Of a stretch of DNA of 64,000 nucleotides, positions 24,608 through 37,441 are shown one piece after another. The notes under the pieces are model-generated. The model saw nothing but the letters and a program-made list of their open reading frames with translations, was not told the DNA's origin and made no database searches. Source of the DNA: Catajapyx aquilonaris (lineage: Eukaryota); the NCBI GenBank assembly GCA_000934665.2, contig JYFJ02000985.1:1-64000 (forward strand), written 5' to 3'. Made by a program: the position numbers and the translations under genes. Each line of letters starts with the position of its first letter. The first letter of the stretch is position 1.

Positions 24608-27600
24608 ATGGCGTCTAATAACTCTGGTTGTGCTGGGTCAGCGGGCGAATACAGGCTGAGGTGCACGGTCAGAGGTCATTCCAAGGACGTGCGGGCACTG
24701 GCAGCGACCCTCCTGCCCGATGGAGGACTCGTCTCGGGGTCGAGGGACACCACGGTCAAGATATGGGCTCCGTAAGCAGCAGCTGCATCATACGCAGTGG
24801 CGTAGCTAGTGTGGTGGCTCCCCAAGCACACTTAAAAACTAAACGAAAATAATTATATTAATCAAGAAATTAATAATGACACTAACATTAAGCAGGTTCA
24901 GGAAATATGAAATAATTGTACTGTAACGACGGCCGTCATTGTCACTTGCAGCATATTTGCATTCGTCAACGCTTAAAATGTCGAGTCACAAGCCGCTGGA
25001 CCTGTTACAAGACGGAAAAACCTTTCCCATAATATGCATGCTTGAGGGTCCCAAGAGGCCCCCATGAGCCACGGGCCCCTCTACAGCTACGGCTCTGATA
25101 ATAATTATGATCAGAGCCGGGGCGGTGGCTCATGGGGTCTATGTGTTCTAATGATAATGAACATATGAGTTTCATTAGTCACAGACGTTTCAATGTTAAG
25201 CTGCAAGTTGACAAGCGGAGTCTTCGCCCAGCAGTAACATCGGTGAGTAACCCAAGTAACCAGTATCGTTGGAGGCGAAAAGCGATTGTTACTTTCACCT
25301 CAAACAATATTGGTTACTTTGCTCGGCGACGACTTCGCTTGTCAAATCGCTCACATGGAAACGCAGCTTTAAGCCTGGAACCGTGACGTGGGGTCTTTTA
25401 GGACCCCAAAGGAATTAAAATGCGGTAAAATGATAATTACAATGAACTTTTGCCATTTAAAAAAATATATAACATGAAGTGCATGTTTGTGTTGAATTAG
25501 CGATCATTTCAGGCATTGTTCAAAGAATGATTGCATATAGTCAAGAAATTGAAAATTATTATATGAAAATATATAAAATTAAAATATGGATAGGGTCCTA
25601 AAAGACTCCGCGTCACAGTTGCCTTAACTTTCAGGCATGTCACGGTTCCAGGGTTAATCACAATCATTCTAATGTTAATCACACGTGTTATAATTTTAAT
25701 TACAGTCATTCCAAAGTTAATTACAGGCGTTCTAATGTTAATGACACGTGTTCAGATTTTAATCACTGGCGTTCCAAAGTTAATTACAGGCGTTCTAATG
25801 TTAATCGCAGGTGTTCTAATTTTAATCACTGGCGTTCCAAAGTTAATTACAGGCGTTCCAATGATAATCACACATGTTCTCATTTTAATCACTGGCGTTC
25901 CAATGTTAATCACATTCATTCTAATAATCACCCATGTTCTAATTTTAATCACTGGTGTTCCAAAGTTAATTACATGCATTCCAATGTTAATCACATCATT
26001 CTAATGTTAATCACACATGTTCTGATTTTAATCACTGGTGTTCCAAAGTTCATTACAGACATTCCAATGTTAATCACAATCATTCTAATGTTAATCACAC
26101 GTGTTCTGATTTTAATCACTGGAATTCCAAAGTTAATTACAGGTGTTCTAAGTTTAATCACTGGCGTTCCAAAGTTAATTACAGGTGTTCTAATTTTAAT
26201 CACTGGCGTTCCAAAGTTCCTTACAGGCATTCCAATGATAATCACAAACATTCTAATCACCCATGTTCTAATTTTAATCACTGATGTTCCAAAATTAATT
26301 ACATGCATTCCAATGTTAATCACATTCATTCTAATGTTAATCACACGTGTTTTGATTTTAATCACTGGCGTTCCAAAGTTAATTACAGGGGTTCCAATGA
26401 TAATCACAATCATTCTAATGTCAATCACCTGGGGCCGAATTCAGAGAGGTTGCTTAACGCAAATGCGCCAGATTAAATCCTTCAGTCAGCCTCGATTAGC
26501 AAATTTAATCAACCTGCTAATACAAAGACGGCGATTAGCTCTAAACGCCCCCTAATCGCACTTGCTAGCACTTTTAAATTTGCTAATCGAGGATGACTAA
26601 AGGATTTAATCGGGCGCGTTTACGTTAAGCAACCTCTCTGAATTCGGCCCCTGTGTTCTAATTTTAATCACTGGCGTTCCAAAGTTAATTACATGCGTTC
26701 CAATGTTAATCACAATCATTCTAATGTTAATCACATGTTCTGATTTTAATCACTGGCATTCCAAAGTTAATTACAGGCGTTCTAATGTTAATCACCCGCG
26801 TTCTAATTTTAATCAGAGTAATTCCACAGGTAATTACAGGCATTCCATTGTTACTCACATTCATTCTAATGGTAATCACATGTGTTCTAATTTTAATCAC
26901 TGGCGTTCCAAAGTGAATTATAGTCATTCCAATGATAATGGCAATCATTCTAATCACATGTGTTCCAATGATAATCACATGTTCCAATGATGATCAGTGA
27001 GTTTTCTTTTTTGCAGCGATGGAGTGCAGGCGTTTAAAGAGGTGGCAACGCTAAAGGGGCACAGCCATTTTGTGTCATGCGTTTGCATTGCACCGCCATC
27101 GGACTCCCATCCAGAAGGGCTCATTCTGACCGGGAGCAATGACGGGATCATAAGGGCATTCACTACACGTTCTCCCGAGCCTGCTTTTCTGCTCAAGGGG
27201 CATGAGAATACAGGTGAGATGAGGTAATTCAAATTCTGGAGTATGTTTCATGCCTTTTTTATTTACCAGTCTCGGCGCTATGTGGCGGCAAGTTTGGATT
27301 GGTACTGTCCGGCTCGTGGGATTGCACGGTTCGAGTTTGGCATGACAACTCCTGCGTGTCTAGCCTTGAGGGGCACTCGGCTGCTGTTTGGGCTGTTGCA
27401 TTTCTGCCTCAGAGCAGCGGAGTAGGCGAAACTCGTTTTCTGAGCGGTGCAGCGGACAAGACCATCCGCCTCTGGGTGTCCGACCCCACCTCGGTTGGAA
27501 CCACCACGTCCCGAGTCACATTCAAAGGACACACCGACTGTGTCAGGGGATTGGCCGTTCTGACTGCCAACGACTTCCTTTCCTGCTCCAACGACGCCAC

Positions 27601-29551
27601 AATTAGACACTGGCTTGTGGACGGGGATTGTCTCGCCGTGTATGAAGGACACACCAACTTCATATACAGGTAAGACCATTTAACGAGCGATCAGTTTAAA
27701 CAGAATCATGCTTCTCTTTCTTACAGTATTGCTATTCTGCCAAATGGCCAGGACTTTGTCAGCTGTGGTGAGGACCGCACCCTTCGCGTATGGCGGGGCG
27801 GGCAGTGTTGTCAGACAGTATTTCTCCCTGCCACCAGCGTTTGGTGTGTTTCTTCATTGCCGGACGGTGATGTTGCAGTGGGTGGCAGTGATGGGACAGT
27901 GCGAGTGTTCACCCAGTCGGATGCGAGGAAGGCGTCGGATGCAGAGGTGGCCGAGTTTGAAGCTGAGGTTTCCGCAGTTAGTATCTCAGCTCAGGAGGAG
28001 CTGGGAGGGATCAAGATCAGTGAGCTCCCAGGACCATCTTCCCTTTACGAGCCTGGAAAGAGGGAGGGACAGACAAAGATGGTGAGGGAGGCCGACGGGC
28101 AGGTGAACTGCTACAGCTGGCAGTCAGGGAAATGGAACAAAGTTGGGCAGGTATGTGTCAAATGAATTGCTCAATTAGCCGCATTAACTTCATGATTTTT
28201 AATCCCAGGTTGTTGGAGCATCCGGTGCAACGCAGAATACGTCTGGCAAGACCCTGTATGACGGTATAGAGTACGACTATGTCTTCAATATTGAACTGGA
28301 GGAAGGGAAGGCCGCACTGAAGCTGCCTTACAACCTCTCGGAAGACCCGTGGTTTGCAGCCCAGCGGTTCATCCACAAGCACGATCTCAGCCAGCTTTTT
28401 CTCGACCAGATTGCCACCTTCATAGTCAACAACACCAAAGGGATGACACTCGGAGTAGTTCAAAGTCAGGCCAAGTCGTCCGATCCATTCACTGGGGGAG
28501 ATAGGTACGTGCCTGGGATGCCCGCAGCTCCAAGGCCCAGTCCGGAGGGAATGGATGCGGATGTTGGGAAGGAAGTGACACCAAAGAGCTCGGACTCCAT
28601 GGTGGGGCAGTTCTTTCCGCAGATGGAATTCCTTAGGTTCGACCAGGCCAATCCGGATGCTATCTTAAGCAAGCTGTGCGAGTTTAACAGCCGGACTGGT
28701 GACGGCCAGCATAAGATGGAGGACGAGGCGTTACGGGAAGTGGTTAAACTGACGCAGATGGACCAGACGCCAAATCAGACTCATCTCGTATCTCTCCGGA
28801 AGTTGTTACAATGGCCGCATGGTACGTTTTGCTCATCATCCTGTTGAGGAAATTATTAATTCATATTGTCGCTACAGAGACGGTGTTTCCAGCCCTGGAC
28901 CTCCTCCGTTTGGCTGTCCGTGTTGATCAATCAGCAGATTACTTCTGCACAACTTCCTCGGCTCCTCCGCATGCACCGAACTCCATGCCGTACCCACCCG
29001 ACGACCTAGGTCGCTTCCTGCTGCAGTTCCTGACCTCAAATTGCTCGCCGGCCAATCAGATGCTGGCTCTTCGCACTATCACCAATCTTTTTTCCACGAC
29101 GTCCGGGTTTACACTCGTGCATAAAAATGCAGATCAGTTGCTGAGCGCTGTGCTTGAGATGGCCCCTTACAAAAACAAGAACGTACAGGCAAGTCCCGCT
29201 GTTGTACTCATCGAATTCGTATTTACTTATAATGCGTTCCAGGTAGCGGCTGGCACTGTCCTGCTGAACATGTGTGTGCTGTGCATACAAGACGCATCAT
29301 GGACGCTGCAGTGTCTGTCCGTTGCGTCCTCCGCATTGGAGCACATGACCGACGGAGAAGCCTGCTTCCGGACCCTGGTTGGCTTGGGCACCCTTCTTGA
29401 AGTATCATCCGTGGGGCCAGGCCAGGGGCAACAGGCCCTTGAGTTGGCCCACAGCCTGAACCTTCAGCCCAGATTACAGCAGCTCAGGCTGAATTCAGAT
29501 CTGCTCAAAGTGAAGCAATGCGCCGCACAGCTCATCGCATTGTTGAAGTAG
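24608..29551 (+). CDS. PLAA: Phospholipase A2-activating protein (WD40 + PFU + PUL)
   Basis: Exons approx. 24608-24771, 27017-27213, 27270-27669, 27727-28150, 28209-28821, 28878-29188, 29243-29551. WD40 GHSKDVRAL, SGSRDTTVKIW, GHTDCVRGL; PFU YDYVFNIELEEGKAALKLPYNLSEDPWFAAQRFI; DPFTGGDRYVPG; PUL FPALDLLRL. Confidence 0.95.
24795..25097. mobile_element. hAT-like MITE remnant
   Basis: CAGTGGCGTAGCT ... AGCTACGGCTCTG termini. Confidence 0.4.
25373..25653. mobile_element. piggyBac-like MITE, copy 2
   Basis: TTAA flanks; (G)CCTGGAACCGTGAC ... GTCACGGTTCCAGGG; homologous to 6949-7180 in the opposite orientation. Confidence 0.75.
25654..26992. repeat. AT-rich ~21-bp minisatellite in PLAA intron 1
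   Basis: Variant units TTAATCACTGGCGTTCCAAAG / TTAATTACAGGCGTTCTAATG / TTAATCACACGTGTTCTAATT. Confidence 0.95.
26432..26650. mobile_element. Harbinger-like palindromic MITE inserted in the minisatellite
   Basis: TIR GGGCCGAATTCAGAGAGGTTGCTTAACG ... CGTTAAGCAACCTCTCTGAATTCGGCCC; CTG duplicated on both flanks (CWG TSD). Confidence 0.8.
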
Positions 29552-30073
29552 TGGGGAAAAGAAGGCAACAATTACCCGGACTAATAATCAGGCCTTTCTT
29601 TTCGTTTAAAAACATGTCTCCTAAAGTACCTTTTACATTAGTTTGTTACGTTGTTGAGTAGTTGTTGCGGAAACTTTCCCCGTTTTGGGGACTATCATAT
29701 GAAACGAAGGCGTATCTGCAACACTTGACGTTTCGATGCACATTTACTCGGAACTTTCGGTTTTGGTGTCAGTTTCCCCCGTCTTTTTTTTTTTTGCAAC
29801 AAAAATAAAACATGGTTGTATGCGGACCAGTGCCATGTTTTTATTACGTCAATTACATGTTGCTAAATAACAACCAAAAGGTACAAAAAGAAAAATGGGA
29901 GTGAAAAGCACACTTCATTTTGAAGTAAACTCTAGGTCTCAACGTGTGAGCACGACAGAAATGCAATGGGGGGGTTACATCGAAGTATTCACCTTCTGAG
30001 CGGTATATATCATAATTAAATTTTTTTTGGGGGGGGGCTCTTTAAATATGTACAGTTCATAAACAATGCGCTT

Positions 30074-30389
30074 TCAGTTGGCATTCTCACAGGCGTCGAT
30101 CCAGTCGTTGTAGACGTCGATTGCTTCCGAAAGGAAGTTGACCGACGTCTGGAAATCTTCTAGACAGACTCGGCAGGTGATGCGGCCCGTGTTGCGAGGC
30201 TTGTCCCTTTGAAAGGTAAGGTTTTTTTCAATTATTTTTAATTATCATTTGCAGCAAAGCTTCGTGCACGTACATTTTGACTTCACAGCTCTTTTCGTGG
30301 TTGCAAAAGGGGCAGTTGAACTGTGTGTCCAATGGTTCAATGGCCTTCCTTTTAGTCGGAGGCTTCCTCTTGCTCTTCCTCTTCCCCAT
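30074..30389 (-). CDS. ELOF1: Transcription elongation factor 1 homolog
   Basis: Exons 30389-30274 and 30206-30074: [82 protein letters not shown]. Probable 5' non-coding exon with a donor near 30495. Missed by the ORF track. Confidence 0.97.
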
Positions 30390-30774
30390 TCTTTATTAAT
30401 ATCTGGAAAATGGAACAATACCAGAATGACCCGCCATGTACAACCAAACGAATGCAATCCCAGTCTTTCTTATGAGCTAACTAGGTGGGCTTACCTGTAA
30501 GGAATCGACTGCGAGTAAATTCGAATGGAATGGATCGGTTTGTGGGCTAATAAATCATGTAAAATGATGGAAATGTCTGAAAAGTGAGCAATTATTCCGC
30601 CATCTTGTTCCCGACGCCATCCGAGCAAAGGTTGCCAGGCGGAAAATATGTTAACACAGTTAATGCACATTAAAACTACTATTTAACTTAAATAATGCCG
30701 TTTATGCTCTTTAATATGTTAAAGTTGTACTAATATGTAAAAATTAATTGCAATTAACGAAACAACAATGCCCG

Positions 30775-30974
30775 TATCGATATTTTTTCCGGATTGTCAT
30801 GCATCGTTGCAAGTTTTATGACTTAAACACAGTTAAATAACAACGTTATCACATACACTGTTTATACGTTTAATACGATTTTTAAAATATGTTAAATCGA
30901 CTTAATTAGCAATTATGAGCTACATTTTTAAAAGAGTATCGATATTTTTGATGCACACGTGCCACGTATCGATA
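30775..30974. promoter_or_regulatory. Three DRE motifs (TATCGATA) in the ELOF1/ataxin-10 bidirectional promoter
   Basis: TATCGATA at 30775, 30937 and 30967. Confidence 0.75.
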
Positions 30975-30999
30975 TTTCGAACGTGTTGGAGAAAAAAAA

Positions 31000-33287
31000 A
31001 TGGCGACTTTCCAAGAGCACGAAATTTCGAACGTGCTTCAAAACCTGGCCGATTCTTGTCTAGAACAGGCTTTAGGAACACTGGAGAAGCTTACGGAGTC
31101 GACCAAAGATGAGAACTTCAGGTGAGTTCTAAGAACAGACAGTGGGATTTTAAAAAAAATTTGAGGGTAATTGCTGAAGCGTGACTTTTTGGCTCCTTAA
31201 AAAGTGTGGCTTTGTTTCGTAATCTGGACGGAAAAGGACGGTCACGTAATTTGGGGAGTAAACAATAGAATAGAGGGAATCATGCCAAATTGAACAGTTG
31301 TTCTGTAGAGAGCACCAAAAATATAACATTGTCTTGGCGGATTTATCTAACTTGGGAATCATGCCAAATTGAACAGCGCTGTCCTTTAGAAAGCACCAAA
31401 AATATACATTGTCTTGGCTTAGCAACACGTATGTGCATTGATGGCTTATTAATAAGCAAAATCCATTTTAATGACCCGATTTGCAGGAGTGCGCTGCGTA
31501 CGTCAACGTTCGATGTCCTGGAGGAAGCACTGGTTTTCCTGGGTGATGAGAAGGATGATCCGCTTGCCTTAAAGTGCTTGCTGGAGTGCTTTCGTTCCCT
31601 TCGGAACTCGGTGGCCAACTGCCCAGACAACCAGAGTTACGTTGGGCAAGAGAGTCGGATTGTGCCCCTTGCCGTGGACGTAATGGAGGGACTGCTTGAT
31701 GAGGAGTTGGAGACTGGGATGGATATAGATGGGCGGCGACTGGCTTGTCTTAGGACAGGAATTCAGTTTCTGTCCAACCTCACCGTGCAGCATGATAGGA
31801 ACCAGCGTCTTGTGTGGACAGAGGGGAAGAGAGTTCTTAGGTATGGGTTGTGTGCCTTCCTGTCTAAAATTTACTGATAATTCTCTCTCTTTAGTGAAGC
31901 ACTGACGAGCCATGATGAGCGGCTTCTTAGCTATTCGGCTTTGACTTTGGCGAATATTCTGAAGGGAAATCCTGCAGCACGTCGAGCAATGTATGAGGAA
32001 GAGAGCGTATCTATGTTCCTAAAGCCACTCGTGAAGCTAATCGCCGAGGAAGATGCTGCGTGAGTGATTGAAACTATTACATGTAAATCTCTGAATTGCA
32101 CCTTGGTTATCTGCGTTACTCTCTTTAACAAAGTCTCACCAAGTCTGCATATTTATTACTGTATTTGACGGCACATAAGACGCACGTTTTCCCTCAGAAA
32201 ACAGCTCAAAAAATTGCTCTGTGTCTTACATGTGAAAATACACTAAGAACATTTTTTCCTGAATATGATTTGCTGCGTCTTATGGTACTTGTTTTCTAAA
32301 GATGTGCTTGAATTATTGCGGAATTTTGTGACACCTTATTTTATGCCATCTCCCTTTTTTTTTTTACAGCCATTTTGCAGTTGAGACACTTCTGTTTGAG
32401 CCTGATTACATTGAGACGGTCTACCCAATGATGGAGATGGAAGCGAGATTGCCGCTCCTGGAACTCGTGCGTACTTGTGCCAACCAGCTGCCATGGCCTG
32501 TTAGTTTTCTTCACTTTTATCATACTAGAGAGATTATTATGGCATGGGTGGGAAGCTCATGCGGTCTCTAAACTGACTGTTAGTTTTTGCCTCGGAAAGT
32601 GATTGTCACATTTTTTGACCTGCAGGGCGTATCCTTCCTGTGCGATCAATTTAAGTCTCGTTGCCGTTGCATCTTGGAGACTTGTGAAGGCCTCCCTTTC
32701 TCAAAAGGCTTGGAGCCCAAGGAGATGTCCTACTTGCTCAATTTCTTGGGAGCAGTCAGCAGCTCAAGTGTGCATGTAGCCGAAATTCAGGAGGACCAAG
32801 ACCTTCTTCTCACTTGCCTGGGTAAGCGTGGTGGGAGGAGTGACGCAGGTTTAAAACTGCCTTCGCAAGCCGCTCTACACTTCGTGGAGATGGTAACCTC
32901 CGACTGTTTTTGGAAGATTCCCTTTACTTAATATATGTTTTTCATAAATTGCTTTGTGTAATGAAGATCAGGAGAAACTCATACGTACAGGGTGTTCTAA
33001 CTCAAATGTCCGCAGCTGTTAGCAATTTTCTGACCCTAACCTGCTTATTTTGTTATGAATAGTTATAGTGGTCCTGGAATATATTAGTTGCTGATATTTG
33101 AATTATTTATCCAAGCTGTGAGTTGCATTGAATTTCCAATTGTGAATGATTGATTGATTGAGTAATGGTTTATTGGCGCAACAGCAGCAATGGCTATACT
33201 GCGCCAAGCACCTCTGACGTTGTAGGGCAGGGCAGGCAATGCCACCCCAACCCCAACGTTAAATGAACAAAAGGGTTTTTTTTAAAA

Positions 33288-33340
<53 letters not shown>

Positions 33341-34730
33341 AATTAATTAATTAATTAATTGGCATCAAAAGTCAATGATAGGACCTTTTTTTTTTTACAC
33401 ATTGAAAATGATTTTTTTTTGCAATGGTAGTGTGAGAATTTGATTACATACTACAATCGCCAAGCACACTTAGATTCTGCGCCGAATGCACTTCAATTCT
33501 GCGCCTTATTATTACATACAATGAAAATTACTGAGTATACTAAATAAAACAATCGAATCGTCCTAATTGTAACAAAAACACAGAAAAAACATATAGTGCA
33601 TATTAGGGGCATAAAATTTTTTCAATTATCTACTTCCATCCTGGGACTAAGAATGAATGGATTTGTCCCTCGTAGTGACATTATTACAAAAGAAATGAGA
33701 TGATGAAATATCGTCATGGTTTGCTGGTAAAACTTGGCGTTGGTTGGCCGACATCACGAACCCTTCTGACTTGAATCCACCTCCATCAGATCTGCTGAAG
33801 AGGATGCACGATTTGGGCCAGTCCGGAGGCAACAACTTTGCTCCAGTGAAGAAGCTGTCTGAGCTGAGCCTGACGGAGAAGGAGGAGGAGGTGAAGGCTC
33901 ACCCGAGCTACGGGTTCAAGCGCGGGCTTATTAGGATGGTGGGCAACATGGCCTTCCAGCACACTGTCAATCAGGACAAGGTACCTAGGCTTTTTCTTTC
34001 TCCTGTTTAAGGGACCTGAGTCATGGATGTTGTGGGAGGGAGAAGGAAGGGAGAGAGAGAGAGAGGGGGAGGGGAAAGTTTAATTATCCCACCTTTTTGT
34101 ATGGCTCGCACCTAGGCTGTAAATCTTGGGGATGACGTTTTCAGACCCTGTAATTTGGGAGGGAGGGCACCGGGGCTGGGTGTTTGTCTGATGGGAAATG
34201 GGGTTGGGTGGGAGCTGGGTGGTTGGCAGGTGAGGGAGGGAAGGCGGATGGAACCTATTTTCAGCGGTAAGTGTGGAACATCCACAAAACAATTTACTGC
34301 CAAGCCGCAATTGCTTTAGCCTATCAGTTTGGATAGAAGGTTTAAAATGTCATTAAAAGCAAATTTAAGGTTATTTCTATTCCTTGCTCATATACTTGCA
34401 ATGTGTTTCGCAGGTACGTGAAGTGGAGGGAATTCCGTTACTCCTAGACTGCTGCAACATGGACGGCAGGAATCCTTGTATCCTTTATGTATTGTGAGAG
34501 GCAATGTTAAGTGCGTTAAAAAGGTATGGACTTGACCCACATATCCAGTTATTGTCCAGTGGGTTGTGATGGCTGTGAGGAACCTGTGTGAGGGCAATGC
34601 TGCAAACCAGGCTGTGATTGCTTCCATGAGGAATGGAGGAACCGTGGACTCGGCCGTGCTGCATGAGCTGGGTATAAGTGTGGTTCAGAAGGAAGGAGGG
34701 AAGTTTGTCGTTAAGCAGCAGAACGGATAG
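31000..34730 (+). CDS. ATXN10: Ataxin-10
   Basis: MATFQEHEISNVLQ...; ECFRSLRNSVANCPDNQ; LRTGIQFLSNL; C-terminal GFKRGLIRMVGNMAFQHTVNQDKVREVEGIPLLLDCCNMDGRNPFIVQWVVMAVRNLCEGNAANQAVIA; TAG at 34728-34730. Confidence 0.92.
33286..33360. repeat. (AG)n followed by (ATTA)n microsatellite in an ataxin-10 intron
   Basis: Directly visible. Confidence 0.9.
34478..34548 (+). other. Putative U12-type GT-AG intron in ataxin-10
   Basis: 5' site GTATCCTTT; GACTTGAC branch-like sequence ~12 nt before the AG; no polypyrimidine tract; splicing restores GRNP-F-IVQW. Confidence 0.8.
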
Positions 34731-37313
34731 AAACTCCTGGGGACAGACGTGTGATTCAATGAGTACCTGATTTATGTCTGTGTCATTTATCGTGTGCAAT
34801 CATGTTTAGTTCCTATTGCAAATCATGAGTGACCTGCCTGCAAGTGATACTTTCTTTTTACGAGTTGAGTTCAAAAGCATGTGCTTTACAGTGGTGTAGT
34901 TCATATACCTTGTGGTCTGTGGGTTTATGGGGGAAATAAACGTATCATGAACCTGTTACATTCTGTCACTTATTGGAATACTGGCAGGGCTGGGTAGCTT
35001 CATCGTTGTAAGCGTGAGATAAGCGGTATCTTAAATTCCTATTTTCAAAGCGCCATATTCACCTTTGTTATTTTTTCACTATGCGCTTGAAGATCCTGTG
35101 TGGTATGTTGTCCTGAAAAGGTGCTGCCTGTTTAAAAGTAATTTTAAAGGTAAGCGTGTGACTTGATATAATTGAATAACTCTATAGAACAAGGGCTGCA
35201 ATCTAAGGTAATAATGTTGGAATCAAATTACACCTGTTCATGTAATGGGTTGATAACTTAATCACTTACTGTTGAGATGATTCAGATTCATATCGAATGT
35301 AGGGATCAGAAAGGGAATTTAGTTTTGATGAGAAAAATTTATTTTGCACCCCCTACTAATAAAGCCATGAGAAAATAGCTTACTTTACAACTGCATAGTC
35401 AGGAATTTTGAGTCACCAGCTTGGAACCTTTATCATTGTTGCCCATTGTTTTGCGGCTTATTAAAGTTTCCTTAACAATGGCACTGGAGGGTTCGCCCCC
35501 TAACGTGATATCTAGCCACCGACACATTGTATAGTTTCATACACCCAGCATGACGACCCCGCAACGGAGTCTAATTACGCCCATAAAATTCAGTAGCCTA
35601 AAAGATTTATGCCCGGTGCGGGCAACTTGTACGCAGTAGGTGAGTTGTGATATCTGGAGTAAGAGCATGCAGCATTAATATATTTCCCAACAGATGTTGC
35701 TCCGAGCCTGGTGTTCCCTCAGAACACCTGTGGAGGACAAATGAGTGCCAGGTAATAGCAAATTCCAAGCCGGAGCTCATTAAAAAAAAGAAAAAAAAAG
35801 GGAAGGCTCCCCACTTCCATCCCTCCCCACCTTCCCCTAGGCGGGCCAAGATCTGTTAGGTTTGGGCCAACTGCTAAATCACTAGGCAGCACATACATGA
35901 GCCGTACCTGACCGGCACTACATTTTAGAGAAGAAAAAAAAAATAACAGTGTGTGTCATAACTGCAAATTGTTCACCCCAGCTTCCTTCTGCTGGCCACA
36001 ATTTTTTTTTTTTTTTTTTGTATAGAGTGTTGTTCATAATGTGCCTGAAGCGATAGGCAACCCAGCAATTAGGGTTGTCCTTACTCGTGCTTGTCTTTAG
36101 CTGACCTGTCTTAAACCGCTGGCCTCTGCTGAGCTTGAGGGATGATTGGTGTTGACTTGTGGCCAGTACTTCATTTACATGAAAAGTGGATCGGTATACA
36201 GGGGGAGTTATTTTTCATCACCTTCTAAACATTTGGGGGGGGGAGAAGATCTCTCCCCCTCCACTTTGAAAATGCGGTGTTTTTGTGGGAAAGTCTTCAA
36301 GTTTGGAACCGGATCAGGAGGATCCGACCTTGGCTAGTCCGACTTTTTCTCTTTTTTTGTGTGTGTGTCGTTTTTAGGGGGGTGGTGCGGATGGGAAGTT
36401 CCTCCCTCTTTACACAAAATGCACTGCATGCAAAACCTGTGTTTGAAGGAGTGACTATGCCCTTTTCAAATGCTGCTGTCCAAATGCGGGTTGTAATTGA
36501 GTCCGTTTTAGCGAAAAAAGAGGCAAGAGAAATGTGTACGTGTGTGGGTAGCTCCGTGCAAATCGGATATGTGTAATTTGTTGGCGCTGCCATGTATGGG
36601 TAAGTCGGTTTTGTTGATCAAGAAGTGGGCTAATTGAAATGTAGTGCGCAACACTTTTTTTGAAGCGATCAATGTGCAAAGATCAGTAAATATTTTAAGC
36701 GCATGTGTTTTTTTTTTAAATGTATAAAGGTGAAGGTCCACTACGCACACACACACTACACACGAGTCAATAAAACTGTCAGAGTCATCCTACAAATTTG
36801 TGCAGGTTATCGTTTGTGCGGAGACTGTGCTGCTTCCGCCCACCTTTCGTCCTTGATCACTTTTGAGAGAGTTTCGGTGCCCCAACACCTATCTATTCGG
36901 AAAACTAGGCAAAAGAATGTCAGCTTATATAGTGTGGGATGCTAGCCAAGGAGAAGCCCTTTTTATCTTCTGTAAAAAAAAAAAAGTCCCACCTGCGATC
37001 CGCTTTCTTTATGACATGCTTTGGACAGATATGTGTGCATGCGAAATGATATTTTTGTCTCTAACCCGCAGATGCATGTGAGATGAATATTTTTTCGGTT
37101 TGGCTCCATCCGTGATAAGCATGCTCCAGCACCTGGGAAATTTTCCTGGACCAGGTCATCGACAGAAAAAAAAGAGGTGGTAGTAAAAGGTAGAAGTTAT
37201 GTGTCGCGCATAATGGATCTCATGGGTTGAAAGACATGCTTCGTAGCCTCGTAAATTCGACTTGTGTCGTTCAAGAACCGAACAAAAGGCATCAGGTGGG
37301 ACATGTACAATTT

Positions 37314-37441
37314 CGGTCAAAAGTCGGTCCATCGCCGGTCAAAAGTCGGTCCATCCCCGGTCAAAAGTCGGTCCATCACCGGTCAAAAGTCGGTCCATCG
37401 CAGGTCAAAAGTCGGTCCATCGCCGGTCAAAAGTCGGTCCA
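37314..37441. repeat. 22-bp tandem repeat, about 6 copies, upstream of Wnt7
   Basis: Unit GGTCAAAAGTCGGTCCATCGCC. Confidence 0.95.

Noticed and set aside
25672..26990. Hydrophobic LITGVPK-repeat ORFs
   Set aside because: By-product of a 21-bp intronic minisatellite; frames break and there is no gene structure.
33286..33360. Homologue of the human SCA10 intronic ATTCT repeat
   Set aside because: Different motifs, (AG)n and (ATTA)n; similar microsatellites occur elsewhere in the window.
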